64,000 bases of DNA, from positions 9,734,001 to 9,798,000 of the forward strand of contig JBHGNT010000021.1 in the NCBI GenBank assembly GCA_043228905.1, written 5' to 3'. Below the pieces are notes generated by a model that saw nothing but the letters and a program-made list of their open reading frames with translations, made no database searches and was not told the DNA's origin. Each line of letters begins with the position of its first letter. Position 1 is the first letter of the stretch. This document shows, piece by piece, positions 26,001-39,440 of the stretch. Both the position numbers and the translations under genes were made by a program. The DNA is from Azolla caroliniana (taxonomy: Eukaryota > Plantae > Polypodiophyta).

Positions 26001-29000
26001 ATCTAGCCGAGTAATCGTCGAATAGATAAGGCTTTCGACAATATGTCAGAACTGTTTCGGGTCGCACGCCTTTCCAGAATCTAGGCGAAGCTTCACATTT
26101 CTATCCAGAGGGGTTGAGATGGGCTTACAATCTGCAAATCCCGAACTCGAATGATGCCGCAAGCTGAGACTTTATGCAGCGGATTTCATCCAGGTTGGCA
26201 CCGGCGATGACTAAATCATCAACATAAAGTAGAAGACTTACCGGTCCATATTGACCTTGCCGAACAAATAGTGAAGAGTCTGATTTCGATGTTATAAACC
26301 CCATCCTATGCAACTATTGCGTAATCTTCACATTCCAAGCTCATGGGGCTTGCTTAAGTACGTAGAGTGACTTCTTCAGTCAACAAATTGCAGAGGTGTT
26401 TTATTCGGATAGAAATCCCGGGGGTTGTACCATGTACACATGTTCCTCAAGATCACCTTGTAGGCACGCGTTCTTTACATCCATCTGATGTAAGTGCCAC
26501 CCCTTTGCCGCAACTACGGCTAGTAGAACATGCACGGTAGTCATCTTCGCGACAGGCGTGAAGGTCTTGTCGTAGTCCACACCATGCTTCTACGCGTAGC
26601 CTTTCGCAACTAAACGGGCCTTGTATCGATTGACAGAGTCGTCGGTGTTGTATTTCACTTTATACACCCACCTACATCCGAACCAGGTCCCAAGTCTCAT
26701 TGGCCGTTAAAGCGTGCATCTCTTCCTCCATCGCGGCACACCAATTTGTGTCTTTTGCCGCATTTGCGTAGCGCTCCGGCTCACGCACTTCCGCCACTCG
26801 CATCATGTACGCATAATGATGCGCCATGTACTCATTGTACCCGTACCTCTTTACGTGGTTCTTCTAGCGGGTAGATCAGCGTAATTTAGAATTACCCTAT
26901 TTTACGGCTTTTTCGGCCGATTTGTACCTCTACCGTAGAGGTTCCGTTTCAGTTTGCCCATAGTCAGACTCGCTCCGATCTAACTCGGCATTGTCGAAAT
27001 CGTACTCCGACATCTTTTTCTTCCCTTTCTCCTTGCGCATAAACTGTCTCCTGGGTTCTTCACACGGGGATATAATGGCTCAGTCTTCACTACTCGTCGT
27101 CTCTTCATTTGGTTGGCCATTCGGCCCACTCAGCCGAAATCAAATCGGACTCTCTCTCAGAGCTCCGATGTTCTCATCATATAGAGGCATCTCAGCCTTG
27201 TTGACTTCTTCTTCAGAATTCGGAATGGGGTCGTGAGGTACTGGAGGGAAAGGCAACTACCACGAAGCGGACTCATCGAACACGACATCTCGACTTACGC
27301 ATACTTCCTTTGTTCGGGGGTGATAACACTTATACCCCTTTTGCTCGTCTGAATAGCCAACTAAGATGCACTTTTCAGCTTTGGCATCCAACTTCCTCCT
27401 CTTTTCCTTCGGCACATGCACATATGCAATGCTACCGAAAATCCTCAAGTGTGCCAAGTTCGGCTTCTTTCCGAAATACAGCTCATGTGGCGACACTCCT
27501 CCATTAGCAGAAGTCCGATTCTACAAGTAGACAGTTGTCCTCATGGTTTCGGCCCAATAAAATTTTGGCATATGCTTCTCTTCAAACATTGTCCTGGCCG
27601 CTTCTTTGATTGTCTGATTTTTCCGCTCAACCACGACGTTCAGCTGCGGCGTGTATCTACACAAGAATTCGCTTCGAATTCCCTCCTTCTGTAGATAGAT
27701 AACTTGTGAACTGGTTGGAGAAGTACTCCTTCCCGCCATCGGACCGTAGGCATTTGATCTTATGCCTTGTTTCCCTTTCTGCAAGGCTCTTCACCTTCAG
27801 GAAACACGCGAAGGCTTCGCTCTTCTTCGCGATTGTGCATGCCCATGTGTGCCAAGTGAAGTCGTCGATGAAGGTTACGAAGTAACGGCTTCCACCGAGA
27901 CTCACATTCTGTGCCGGTCCCCACACATCCGAATGGAACAAATCCAGCGGATTTCGCCTACAATTACAATCGTTGGGGAATGGAAGTCGGTGTTGTTTTC
28001 CCATCTGGCAGGCTTCGCAGACTTGGCCATTCCGACCTCGAAATTTTGGCAAGCCGAAAACAATGTTCTTGGTCTACATTTCACAAAGCCGCAGGAAGTT
28101 AATATGGCCAAAACACTTATGCCACAAGTCGATGTCCGACTCGACCTTCTATCCGTTCGCAAACATAGTGGTGCCCACATAGTTGGTTTCGAGGATAAAC
28201 ATCCTCCCTTCATGGCGCCCTTGCCTTCCTCTTCTATGAAGGAGCCGAGATGGGTGAATCGAACTTGCATACCTTGGTCGACGATCTTTCCGACCGACAA
28301 AAGTTTCTTGGTTATTGTCGGGACGTGCAACACGTTCCCGACGTGGCTAAGGGGAACTTCACCGACATGTTAGATGGTATGCAGAGTGTCGTCTCCGGTT
28401 TCGACCACTCCTTGTTTTTCCGGCCTCTCCAATTACGAGAACCATTCCTCGTGACTCGTCATATGATTGGACGCTTCGGAGTCAACATACCACACCTCAC
28501 TCGGTTTTGAGGTGTTCACGGCCATCGAATTGGCCTTGTGCCTCATTACGAAGGTAGGGCCTGATCCATTTCCGGCTCGTTCGGAGCCCTCAGCGTAGTG
28601 CGAATTTTGATGACTTCCTGCATCTTTCCACTTGATCCAGCTTTGTCCGAATCGGCTTGTTTCTTCCAGCACTCTCTCTCCCTGTGGCCTTTCTTCCCAC
28701 AGTACCAACATTCCGTTGCAGTCTTATCTTGCCAGCTTCTGGCACCGCTATAACTCCCCATGCTTCCGGAGGGTTCGGAATTGCTTTCGGCCTTACGATT
28801 ATGTCGTACGTTCTGCTCTTTTCGGCTGCCTCCATTACGCGCCGATCCGCCTCGTCCACCATAACCACGGGCTCTATCTTCCTCCGTGTATAGCATCTTA
28901 CCATCGGCGTGCGTACTTGTTGATGCACCCATGTGATTGTCCTCTACGAGCAACATTGATTGAAGCTCGAAGAACGAAGGCGTACTATCCCTCGTGTAGA

Positions 29001-30390
29001 CCATTGTTCAGAAAGCTCCGAACTTGGACGCTAGCCCACCAAGGCACACTTGCACCATCTCGTCCTCCTCGACGTTCACGTTGACGGAGGCGAGTGAGTT
29101 ATAGATTTCCTTGATTCGGTCTGTATAATCAGCCACAGATAGATCTTTCTGCCGGACATTGTTGAGCTCGTATTTGAGCTGCAACTTCCTGGCCGTTGTG
29201 CTTGTGGCGAAAATCCTTTTGAGATTCACCCACGCGTCCTTTGGCATCTTGGCATCCCGAATATAGCTCAATTGTTGGTCACTCACATAGGATGCAAAGC
29301 AGTAGAGAACTTTGCTTGCCGCTTGTTCCCAAGTTGGAAAGTCTCTGTGTGTCGAATCGGGTGCAGTATAATTAGCTCCTTCGACATAACTCCAGTAGCC
29401 ATGGCCAAGCAGGTACTGGTACATCTTGTACGACCAAGACACATAGTTGCTCTTGTCGAGCTTCTCGGTCGGTAGCAAGCTTCCCACTCCTATGTCCATG
29501 TCAATGTCTTATCTTTCCGAAGTAGGAAGAACAAACTCAATTCTGTCGTTGTTGCAAGCTTTTCTGTCGGCTACAGAGGACTTCAACCCTCGCGCTCTGA
29601 TACCACGTAAAAGCATAGCGTGTGCGGAAAGCACAGAGTACACAGTTCGAAAGTTTGATAGTTCGGTAAAACATAGAAAACACAGAGATGGAGAGGGAAA
29701 GACAGAGAGCGAGAGCAGAACACAAAAACTCAGATTCAAAAAATAACACTTTGTCTGTACATACTTTGTGCTCAGTGAGAACCTTTTATACAAGCCCTAA
29801 CTATCGGGCTGACACAAGTACTGACAATACTCGATTGCTCATAAATGAGCCGACTACACAAACTCCCAAAACTATTCCTTACAAGGAATAACACTCTAAC
29901 GGCCTTTCGGTTTACGAACGTTTTGGCCATGTTGTGCGCACGGTTTTACGCACCCAGTCTACGCACTGGGTTGCATACCGTATTACGCACCCAATGTTGA
30001 GGTTGTCACTCAACAAAGACAATGCATTCGGGTTGCTAGTGACAATGAGGATGAGACCTCACAAAGCTCTTCTAGTTCATTGGATGAGTCTAAAGGGGAA
30101 GGCGTATCTTTGGGAAGTGATAGTTCTGATATATGAAATGTAAATATTGTATTTTACATCAAGGTGGTGATTCATGAATATGTATAAATATAGGTCGTAG
30201 TCCTTTTGTAAATTTTGTATATTCTTTTGTAAGTTTCGCATGTTGATTATTTAGGCATTTTTGGATAGCCCTAAAGTTTTGGACATGGTATAAATTGATA
30301 TATTTTGATTTAATTTTCGAAAACCTTTACGCATGCAGTACCCTTTTTTGTGAAACGACCTAGAGCCTTTTTTTGACGGATAGTTCTTAA
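23090..30390 (+). mobile_element. Sola1-like (DUF7869-type) DDD transposase remnant, 5'-truncated, interrupted by the Copia at 24511-30015
   Basis: PPILYVQLANRAREKIN..MFGYLSMLVERGIFKNIKVNFLLAGH..DHIDKMFSRFSKKL matches the pattern LYLQLDN-x3-ENKN...GHTHxDIDQMFS. An acidic C-terminal tail resumes at 30016-30140. A possible terminus lies near TTTTGACGGATAGTTCT (~30388). Confidence 0.7.
24511..30015 (-). mobile_element. Degenerate Copia LTR retrotransposon (possibly Bryco-like)
   Basis: LTRs at 24511-24888 (outer ~33 bp missing) and 29606-30015. iMet PBS at ~29594-29605; PPT at 24889-24900. Motifs: gag [51 protein letters not shown]. Confidence 0.92.
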
Positions 30391-30394
30391 AATG

Positions 30395-31925
30395 TGACAT
30401 ATTGTCTATTGCAAATGACCCGGTGTTTGTTGTGGTTCTGTTCAGGTAGGCCGACTATGCATATAGACTTCCGCATTATTTACATGGTATCAGAGCACGA
30501 GGGTTAAGTTTGATCCTCTACAATTGACATTGCTAAATACTCAAAAAAATAAATTAAGAAAATGAACAACTGCAAGAAGATGGAGAGGAACATGGGAAGC
30601 ACACAACTAACTGAGAAGTTGGAGCACATAAATTATGCATCTTTGCAGTACAAGATGCACTAGTACCTGCTCCGGCATAGATACTGGAGTTACATTGAAG
30701 GAGTGAACAAAGTAGCACCAAAAGGAAACACACAAGGATTTCCTGGCATGGGAATAGGTAGCAAGTAGAGTGTTTTACTGCTTGGCATCATGTGTGCATG
30801 GCCAGATATTGGGTTACATAAGAGATGCAAAAATGCCGGAAGAGGCTTGGGAAAATCTGAAAAAGATTTTCACCTCCGGCACTACATCTAGGAAGTTACA
30901 GCTTAGGCAAGAGCTGAATAACATCCAACAAGAGGACATGTGGGTAACTAAATAGATGCCTCAAATCAATGACACCCATGACTCATTAGGTTCCATCAAT
31001 GTAACGGTGGACGAAGACGAAATGGTGCAAGTATGTCTAGGAGGCTTCGCGCATTGTTTCGAATCATTCTGAACAGCCATATGCACTAGGGCGAAGCCAC
31101 TCTCATTCCTCGACTTACAATCAATGTTGATGGTCAAAGAAATCCATAGAGGGATGACAAGAGGTGTGTCCCGTGATGGCCAAATGTTGTACACAGAGGC
31201 AGATTGGCCCCGTGGTCGTGGTAGGCACGGACCAATGGTTACCAAAATGAGTAGGGACTGAATACACATGTCGAGGACAGTCAGGGACCCTCCACAAGAA
31301 AGGCGAGTCAAAGTGATGTCGGTAATTGTCAGAACAAGACGATTGACTATTGGTACTATGGCAAGAAAGGCCAAAAGGAAAATGATTGTTGGAAAAAGCA
31401 AGCCGACATTGGTCGAGCCGAAACCAGCGCTCGACAAAAGTCACAGTATGTCTATAACTCGGGATGATAGAGAGGTGTCCCGATGTTTGTAAGGAAGCAT
31501 CATGCCAGCTAAATGGAAGCAAGCACCTCAACATAAGGAGAGGTGTGGTTTGTGGACTTAGGAGCTTCTAACCACATGAAGAACCATGAAGAATGGTTCA
31601 TGACTCTAAAGAAGCCTGAGCAACCGGGGTTTGTGGAGACCGTCGATGACACCGTCCACACAATTGAGCACATCGGATACCTCCCTCTAAGCCACGTAGT
31701 TCAGAGAGGATGCATGAAGAATGCCTTGAATATGCCAACCATCACCAAGACTCTGGTGTCGGTATGATAGATTATCAACCAAGGAATGCAAGTACGATTC
31801 AATTAGGACGATTGTTTCATTGAAGATGGAGATCATGTGATTGCATGAGGGCGCAAAGAGGGTTTCATGTTCATACTGAACAGTAATGATGTCGGCACCA
31901 CTATGTATGCCAAGGGACAAAAATT
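30395..31925 (+). mobile_element. Truncated Copia (LTR end, PBS, gag, protease remnant), related to 24511-30015
   Basis: TTACA followed by TGGTATCAGAGC at 30485-30496; IRDAKMPEEAWENLKKIF; WFVDLGASNHM. Confidence 0.85.
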
Positions 31926-31989
31926 TGATGTTAAGTGAACAATCTCAACATGAATTGATCAACTGAATGAAAGTTATGGCGTTCGATAT

Positions 31990-34900
31990 GTATGCGGAAA
32001 TATGTGAGAACCTGTAGGTTATGTGCACAGCCAGTCAACACAAAGAATATGACAAAAGAAAATGTTGGAACCATATACTATAACTCTTACACTCCCTGAG
32101 ACTCAAGATACAAGAAGATTATCATTACAATGTTAGGTTTGAGGTTATATACTCAAGCCCTAACTAGAGGACGTGTTCACACTACGGTTACAACGCGGAA
32201 GGAGTCGGTCTTTTATGCCAACAAACTCCCCCGTAAAAAGACTACTCTTTCTACGTACAATAGTAGGGGAATATCTCCCCCGTAAACCTAGATTAAAATT
32301 AAGCTAAGGTTATAGTTACAAGTTAGTCGGCATATAGCCAAGGCGGTAGAGGTAAAGTTGGTATCTAGCCTGATTCGACTAGTCATCCGGGTCGGCTTAT
32401 ATGAGTTGGTCGGAATGATTGGTTCGAGTCAGCCTGTTTCCAATTCGACCTATTCTCTTGCCTCCCGCTTGTTCTTGTGCTTCTCGCTGGATACTCGATT
32501 TGTCTTCATGTTCATTCGCCCTTTGATTATTTCCCCTCTAGTCGGGGTCCCGCTCAGTGTTGCGTCTTTAGCCTCCTGGTATTCTGATTCTTTTGATTTT
32601 GCCTTATTGGCTCATCTGATCGGGTCGGTCTTTCACTTACCTTCTACTCCTCGTTTGGCACTCTTCTACCCGGTTGCTTGTGGTAGTCCCGTCTTCGTCA
32701 TTACTTCAACGAAACAATGTTTTGGGAGTGGCTTCGTCAAGCAATCGGCGATGTTCACCTCGGTGTCAATCTTCCAGACTTCAAGCTTCTTCTATGTTAC
32801 TAGCTCCTGGATGTGATGATACCGCACCTTAATATGTTTTTTCTTAGCGTGATAGACAGGATTGTTAATGAGGTGTATTGCGCTCTGTGAGTCGCAATAG
32901 ATGGTCGATCGATTCGGCTCTTCGATGAGAAGTCGACAGTCACTTTGTGTAGCTAGATCACTTCTTTCGCTGCCTCCAATGTTCATATGTACTCGGCCTT
33001 TGTGGTAGATAGAGTCATGCACTCATGAAGCTTTGACCTCCATGGTATGGCGGCACCACCATAGGTGAAGACATAGCCTAATGTCGACTTCCGATTGTCT
33101 GGATTCCCGCCGTAGTCAGAGTCGGTGTAGCCTCTGACTTCAGTCGGATTTACCAATCCGAAACTCAACTGTGCATCTTCAGGCCGTCTCAGGTACCTGA
33201 AGATGTGTTTGACGACCTCCCAATGCTTCCGTCCTGGGTTTGACATGTACCGGCTGACGGCCCCTACAACATATGCAAGGTTGGGTCAGGTCGCCACCAT
33301 CCCGTACATGATACTTCCTACGGCCGATGCATAGGGTATCTTTCCATTGAGCTCTCTCTCCTTATCCTTTGAAGGAGAGTCTCTATCCGATAGGCTCCAG
33401 GATACATAGCCTTTAACGACATGATAGAATATCTCATCAAGCCTTTAAGGCCTCTTGATCATTGTATGAGTCCAGTTATACTAGCTCATGGTATGGCATG
33501 ATGGTGAGTTGGCTTCTTGTGAATGGTCTAGACATTAATAACCTACCTCCCCTTAGGTACAACCACACGATTGATAACACTTTAATCTCTCATGAGAACC
33601 ACAATAAAGTAATGCACCAAGACATATGGAAAATTTACACTCTGTATAAATGGATCACCCCACGAGAGCCACTCCCATCTAAAATATTGTACTATAAGGA
33701 ACACTTCATGCACTTCTCTGAGTTAGGTTTTATCACGCGGCCAAAATCTCTAGATGTATTCTTACCACATGCACTAAGGGTTGTCATTGGACAACTTAGA
33801 ATATTATCTCACCAACTTGAGATTGAGAATGGTCGTACTAATGGAGTCCCTAGGGAGGAAAGGATATGTAGGTTATGTCACATAGAGATAGAGGATGAGT
33901 ATCACTTTACAAGCAAGTGCCCAATCTACGCCGAGATAAGGGCAAAATACCAAGACATACTTGGTTCCTCTCCCACCCTCCCCAAACTATTAGATACTCT
34001 AGATATAAAGAAATTAGGCAAATACATTCTAGAGCTAAAACAACACAGAGAGAATAAGTTACAAAATGTTGACAATAATGTTGCTAATGTTCACCAACAT
34101 GTAACAAATGAAGTTTTTCAGGAACAGGGGGAGACAACAAATGTCGACACACTTGCACCACTCGGCCTTTCCCTTGATGAGGCAGAAAACCAAAGAAGAA
34201 CCAGACGTCCTCGGGTGCCGGGTTTCAAAGCAACTTGACGTGGTGTGGAAGCAATAATGAAAATAAGGGAACGTGAGCTACACCGCCTAGAAGCCATGGC
34301 TAGGGCACTCTCTACATTGGAACCACGGGTCACACCCACATCAAAACCCTTTGACCCCCCACTTCTTTTTGAGAGGCTTGGGTGGAAATAAAATTAGGAT
34401 TAGTGTAAAGTCACTTCCTTTATCGAGTATACCACATATTGTACACTACTAGAACTCTTTTAGCTTAAGTTCTATGTTTCCTTTATTTTATTTTAGTTAT
34501 GATGACTAGATAAATACTCATTTTGTTGTAAACCAATTGTCTCATGGGCCAAATTTGGCCTTAGAAGACGTTAATATATCTTTCTTTCTTTCTCAGAGAG
34601 AATAGAGTCTTCATTGAACACTATGTCACTACTCCAGATCAATTTCTGATTCTCTGGGTCCCATAGTTGATAGCCAAATTCGCCATCGGTTCCATAACCG
34701 AGAAATATACACTTTGTTGCATGGGGTGCTAACTTGGTCCTTTTATCCATGGGGATGAATGCATAGACTTCACATTCGAATATACGAAGTCTATCATAGC
34801 TCGACTCTTTGCCTGACCATAGTGCCCATGGCACTTCAAACCTGATTGCTTTTGACGATGATAGATTTATCAGGTAAACTGTCGTCTACAACGCTCCGGC

Positions 34901-36360
34901 CCAGAACTCTAGCTTTAGTCTGGCTTGTTGCAACATTGTCATCACCCTCTCTTGGATCTTTCGATTGATCTGTTTGGGCACTCCATTCTACATGGGTGTG
35001 TATGGAACGGTCTTTTGATGTCTAATCCCTAAGTCAGATAGGTACAATTTGAAGGCTCATGAGGTGTATTCACCTTTGTTGTCAGATCGAAGTGTCTTCA
35101 CTCTGTATCCTGATCGGTTCACCACTTCAATTGTCCACTGAGTGAAGACCCCGAGTGCTTCTTCTTTCAACCTAATCGAATAGGCCCAGACCTTACCTAT
35201 ACACATCTACAAATGTGATGAAGTATGAGGAGCCACATAGTGATCGTCCAGGCATTAGCCCACATATACCTATGTGCAGGAGCTCTAGCGGTTGTCATAC
35301 CCTCTCATAATGGAGAGAGTGAAAACTTAAGGTCAGTTTCCCGTATCGACAATGCTCACAGAAGTCCGTCTTTGCTAGGAGTTTTGGAAGGTAGTCCATT
35401 GCCATTAGTTGGTCTAGTCCGGCTTGTGACATATGGTTGAGTCGGCCATGCCATAAGTTTGCGTCGATTGTTTCGGCTACATTCACGTGTCCTTCTGGAT
35501 TGATTGCCATTATTGGATACAAGTTGTTGTACTTGTGTTTGCAGCCGATCTTCAGATTTCCTCGGCTGATCATCCATGTCGATTCATTGAGAGTCGTTAC
35601 GTACCCGTCTCCGGCTAACATGCCGATGGGGACCAGACTCCTTTTAAATGTGGGTATGTACCAGACTTGGTGTAGGACTATCATGTTGCCATTTGACAGT
35701 TAAATTGGTACTTTGCCAATTATTGCGATTTTGCACTCTTGCCCATTGCCTAGTCGGATTGTGGCGTTGGCGTTGGCTGAATAGATTGGAATTTAACCAT
35801 TCAATGTTCCGGGTCACGTGGAATGTGGCACTAGAGTCCATAGCCACGTGTGTGCATCGTGTGCACTATAGAGGACTTCTCCGATCACCGAGTTCTCCAG
35901 AGAGAGGATTTCTCCCAATCGGGTGTCGACACCATTGACTTGGTTGTCGACTGGAGATTGGTTCCAGTCAGATCGTCCTCGATTCCACTCGTATTGCCGA
36001 TCACTCTCTTTCCTCTTGATCGACCAACTGTTGGAGATGTTGTGATCGGCTTTTGTGCAGTGACTACAGAATTCTTCTGATCAACTTGTTCTCGACTTCG
36101 ACCATTGTCAATCTCCCATCGTTCTCGATCGACTATGATTTCAGCCGGTCGGCTTGATCTCTCGATCGACTAGATCGGTCGATCAATTCGGTCGAGTGAT
36201 GGGCTTCTGCCGACTCGTCGATGGTGAGTCCCATCAATTTTCGTCGAATATCCTCAGTGAGGATTTGGCTGATTGTTTCGTCCAAGTTCAGCCTAGGGAT
36301 GTTATTGGCGAAGGTCGTGCAGAATACCTCCCAGCTCCCATGAAGCTTGTGAGACATTAG
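31990..36360 (-). mobile_element. Degenerate Copia (family of 15770-22990): 3' LTR, RNase H, integrase, protease and gag remnants, interrupted by a LINE
   Basis: LTR ends GCCAACA at 32223, followed by a PPT. Motifs: YCDSQSAIHL..YHAKKKHI, KCIFLGYG, LWHGRLNH, MDSSATFHVT. The left LTR boundary is approximate. Confidence 0.85.
33398..34594 (+). mobile_element. 5'-truncated non-LTR retrotransposon (RTEX-like LINE): ORF2 C-terminal zinc finger and 3' UTR
   Basis: ORF 33462-34238 contains SHQLEIENGR...REERICRLC..EIEDEYHF..CPIY..IR. A 3' stem-loop GGCCAAATTTGGCC (~34547-34560) is followed by a (CTTT)n tail. Confidence 0.8.
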
Positions 36361-38910
36361 AGGCAACAAAGTCTGATTTAGAGAGAGAAACATTGGCTCA
36401 TGTGATGGAGAGCAAAGTCACTTTGGCAGTGACAACAATAAAAAATAAGATTCAGGTAGCTATTGTTTTAGCTAGTATGTAACATGTTATAAATAACTTG
36501 TGCACGAAAATGTGCTTAGTGAGGCATTATCTGGAACATGTTGCTCAACATGAGCTCGAAATTGAGGGGTTACTAGATCCCCAACAAAAAATACAACTGC
36601 AGACAGAGATCCAGGTTCTTTCAATGAACCTGGACCTTCTAGGTGTAAATATTGTCGCTAATTACAATTTGGAGAACCTCCAAGTAAGTTAATGATTCTT
36701 GTATCTTGTTGTTCTATCTTCCTCATTAAGGAATGATAAATCGGTAATTGCTCCACTGCGTTCTAGGAACAATACTCCTATCAAGAACATGTAGTTAGCT
36801 ACCTTAAGAAGCAGCTACATTTTGTGGAGGGGATGGTAAAGAGCAGACAAGAATTGAACCTCAACATTCTTGCTCCCTTACCAAACAAAGGAGAACCAGG
36901 CAACGATATATTGATTGTTCAAGCACGTTGCATCGCTTGCGGCTTAGGTGTAGATGAGAAAACTGTTACTTTGTTGGTACACCTATGACCATGCCAACAC
37001 ACATACCATATCGTTTGTTTTCAATATGCCCGTCACATTACTACAGTTTGTTTGGGGGATTGCAATACATCTCTCCCAGATGAGTGAAGAAAACTGACAG
37101 GTAAAATTGTTGCTTGTCTCTATAGTGTAGTAGCTAATTAGCTAAGCCATATAAAGTGTGGTAGTTATTTAGTTGTTATGGTTCAATAGTGTAGTAGCTA
37201 ATTAGCTACAAACTAGGTATTAGCAAATTAGCCAAGATGTAGCTAATTAGCTACTGTAAATCTATGGCCTAGTAGTAGCAAATTAGCTATAGTCTAGCAT
37301 CTAATTAGCTAAGAGGTAGTTATTTAGCTACTACTAGCCTATAGTGGAGTAGCTAATTAGCTACCACTTAGCTAATTAGCTACTACCATAGTTAAGTAGA
37401 ATAGCTAATTAGTTGTTGCCAACCTATATTGTAGTAGCTAATTATCTATAATGTAGCTAATTAATTAAGTGGTAACTAATTAGCTACAATGTAGCTAATT
37501 AGCTAAGTGGTAGCTAATTAGCTATATTGTGGTAGCTAATTAGCTATTGTAATAGTTAAGAGAAATTGCTAATTAGCTAAGATGTAGCTAATTAGCTAAG
37601 TGGTAGCTAATTCGCTATTGCCAGACTATAGTGTAATAGCTAATTAGCTACCACTTAGGTAATTAGCTACTACCATACTTAAGTAGAATAGCTAATTAAC
37701 TGCTACTAGCCTACAGTGTAGCAGCTAATTAACTACTACCATATTTAAGTAGAATAGCTAATTAGCTAAGATGTAGCTAATTAGCTATTGCCATACTAAA
37801 CTAGAATAGCTAATTAGCTAAGATGTAGCTAATTAGCTACTGCCAACCTATAGTCTAGCAACTAATTAGCTATTGTCATAGTTGAGAAGAATAGCTATTT
37901 TGCTATTACCATACCAAAGTAGAATAGCTAATTAGCTACTGCCAATCTATAGTCTAGCAACTAATTAGCTAAACAATATTAAGAGTGGTATCTAATTAGC
38001 TACTGCCATAGTTAGGAAGAATAGCTAATTAGCTAGGATGTAGCAGTATCGAGCAATATCAAGAGTGGTCGCTAATTACCGAACATGTAGCGAATTAGCT
38101 ATAATGTTTAGTATTCAACTAAGTTCATTCCAATGCTGATAACATAGTCGATTATACAAGAGCAATACAGTGTGAAGCCAGGCTCAATGACTGCACAAGA
38201 GAAAAACCAGGTGAAGTCAGACCCAAAGACATAGTCAACTAGGGGTTTGAAGAGGAAAAGGACACCAAATGTGTCGACAGAACCTGAGTTGATTGAAATT
38301 GATCGTGTGCTACCAATACTTGGTGTAATAGAGGCTTCGTTGCAGGAATGGAAACCTAAACCATTAGAAGACGAAAGAAGAGCCTTGATCTTGGAGCTTG
38401 ATAAAGTCTTGATGAGTGTGCGATATATGACACCAAGGAGGGACGTGAATCAATTTCTAGAGTGGGTTGTGCAATACTTTGATTTGTTTATTTGGAGTGA
38501 AAAACCACATTCAGATGTGTGGAAGTGTGTAGAAAGATTGTTCCCAAAGTGGCGACAACACTTCAAGGGTTAGTGGACACAAGAACGATGTGAACAATAG
38601 GATATTGCACGATTCAAAGGACTTTCTGATTTTTGGCGTACCTAGCCCGAATATCATGGCGACAATACGTTGATTGTGGGTACATAACATTTCCGACATT
38701 ACTACTAGCTTCGCAGAAGCTATCTCATTATACCTGATGAAATGGCTAATAACTACTTGGTGAAAACATTGAATTGCCAACTAACTGCATGGTTGTGGAC
38801 ACCATACCGAGCTCGGTATGCATATCACATATGTAGAGAAGTTCCACTGACCAACAAGAGCTTAGCTATTTATAAGCGCTTTGTAGTCATTGCCAACGGT
38901 GTATTATAAA
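36361..38910 (+). pseudogene. Spliced, 5'-truncated gene remnant encoding a RING-H2-like finger and an FCP1/NIF (CTD phosphatase-like HAD) domain
   Basis: 36928-37065 translates as CIACGLG...PCQHTYHIVC...CLGDC, with a GT donor at 37101. 38370-38700 translates as RRALILELDKVL...PRRDVNQFLEWVVQYFDLFIWS...WTQERC..KGLSDFW...DNTLIV. Stops and a frameshift are present. Confidence 0.65.
37115..38105. repeat. Satellite-like array of the palindrome TAGCTAATTAGCTA (array 1)
   Basis: Dozens of perfect and degenerate copies separated by short spacers. Confidence 0.95.
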
Positions 38911-39159
38911 TATGTAATTTGATGATAGATTAATCAATGAAGAATTAAATCTCTTGTTTTGAGTAAATCATCTACTGTGTAATTTTAAAATAGGTCATTG
39001 ATTTCTGGTTTCATGCTGCTGATTGTTCTCAGAATGACAAACTATTTGAACTTGTACATGGTTCACTTGAGAGTAAAAAAACCATTGCCAAAATGTATTC
39101 CAAACAATATAATCGTCATTATGCACATTGAACTGACAATCAATACACATTTAACAGAC

Positions 39160-39440
39160 AGGATTTTATTAAGAAACAAGAACAGAAAGAAGACTCACAA
39201 ACGATTTTATTAATCTTTTCATTAAGATAGAAGAACACAAAGAAGACTGTATATCCAAAAGACACAAAATTTTATTAAACGGTTTTTTATTAAACAAACA
39301 TGATTTTATTAAGAAAGAAGAACAGAAAGAAGACTGTATATAAAAAAGAAGACCCCCTAATGATTTTATTAACAAACAAGAACAGAAAGAAAAGAGTACA
39401 TCCGAACGAAGACAATCTCCCAAATGATTTTATTAAACTG
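39160..39440. repeat. Degenerate tandem repeat GATTTTATTAA..AACAAGAACAGAAAGAAGACT, ~4-5 copies
   Basis: Copies near 39162, 39204, 39302 and 39362, lying between the 3' ends of two convergent genes. Confidence 0.75.

Noticed and set aside
37115-38105. Palindromic repeat with short spacers as a CRISPR or REP array
   Set aside because: Spacers are short, irregular and reused; the pattern is that of a satellite.
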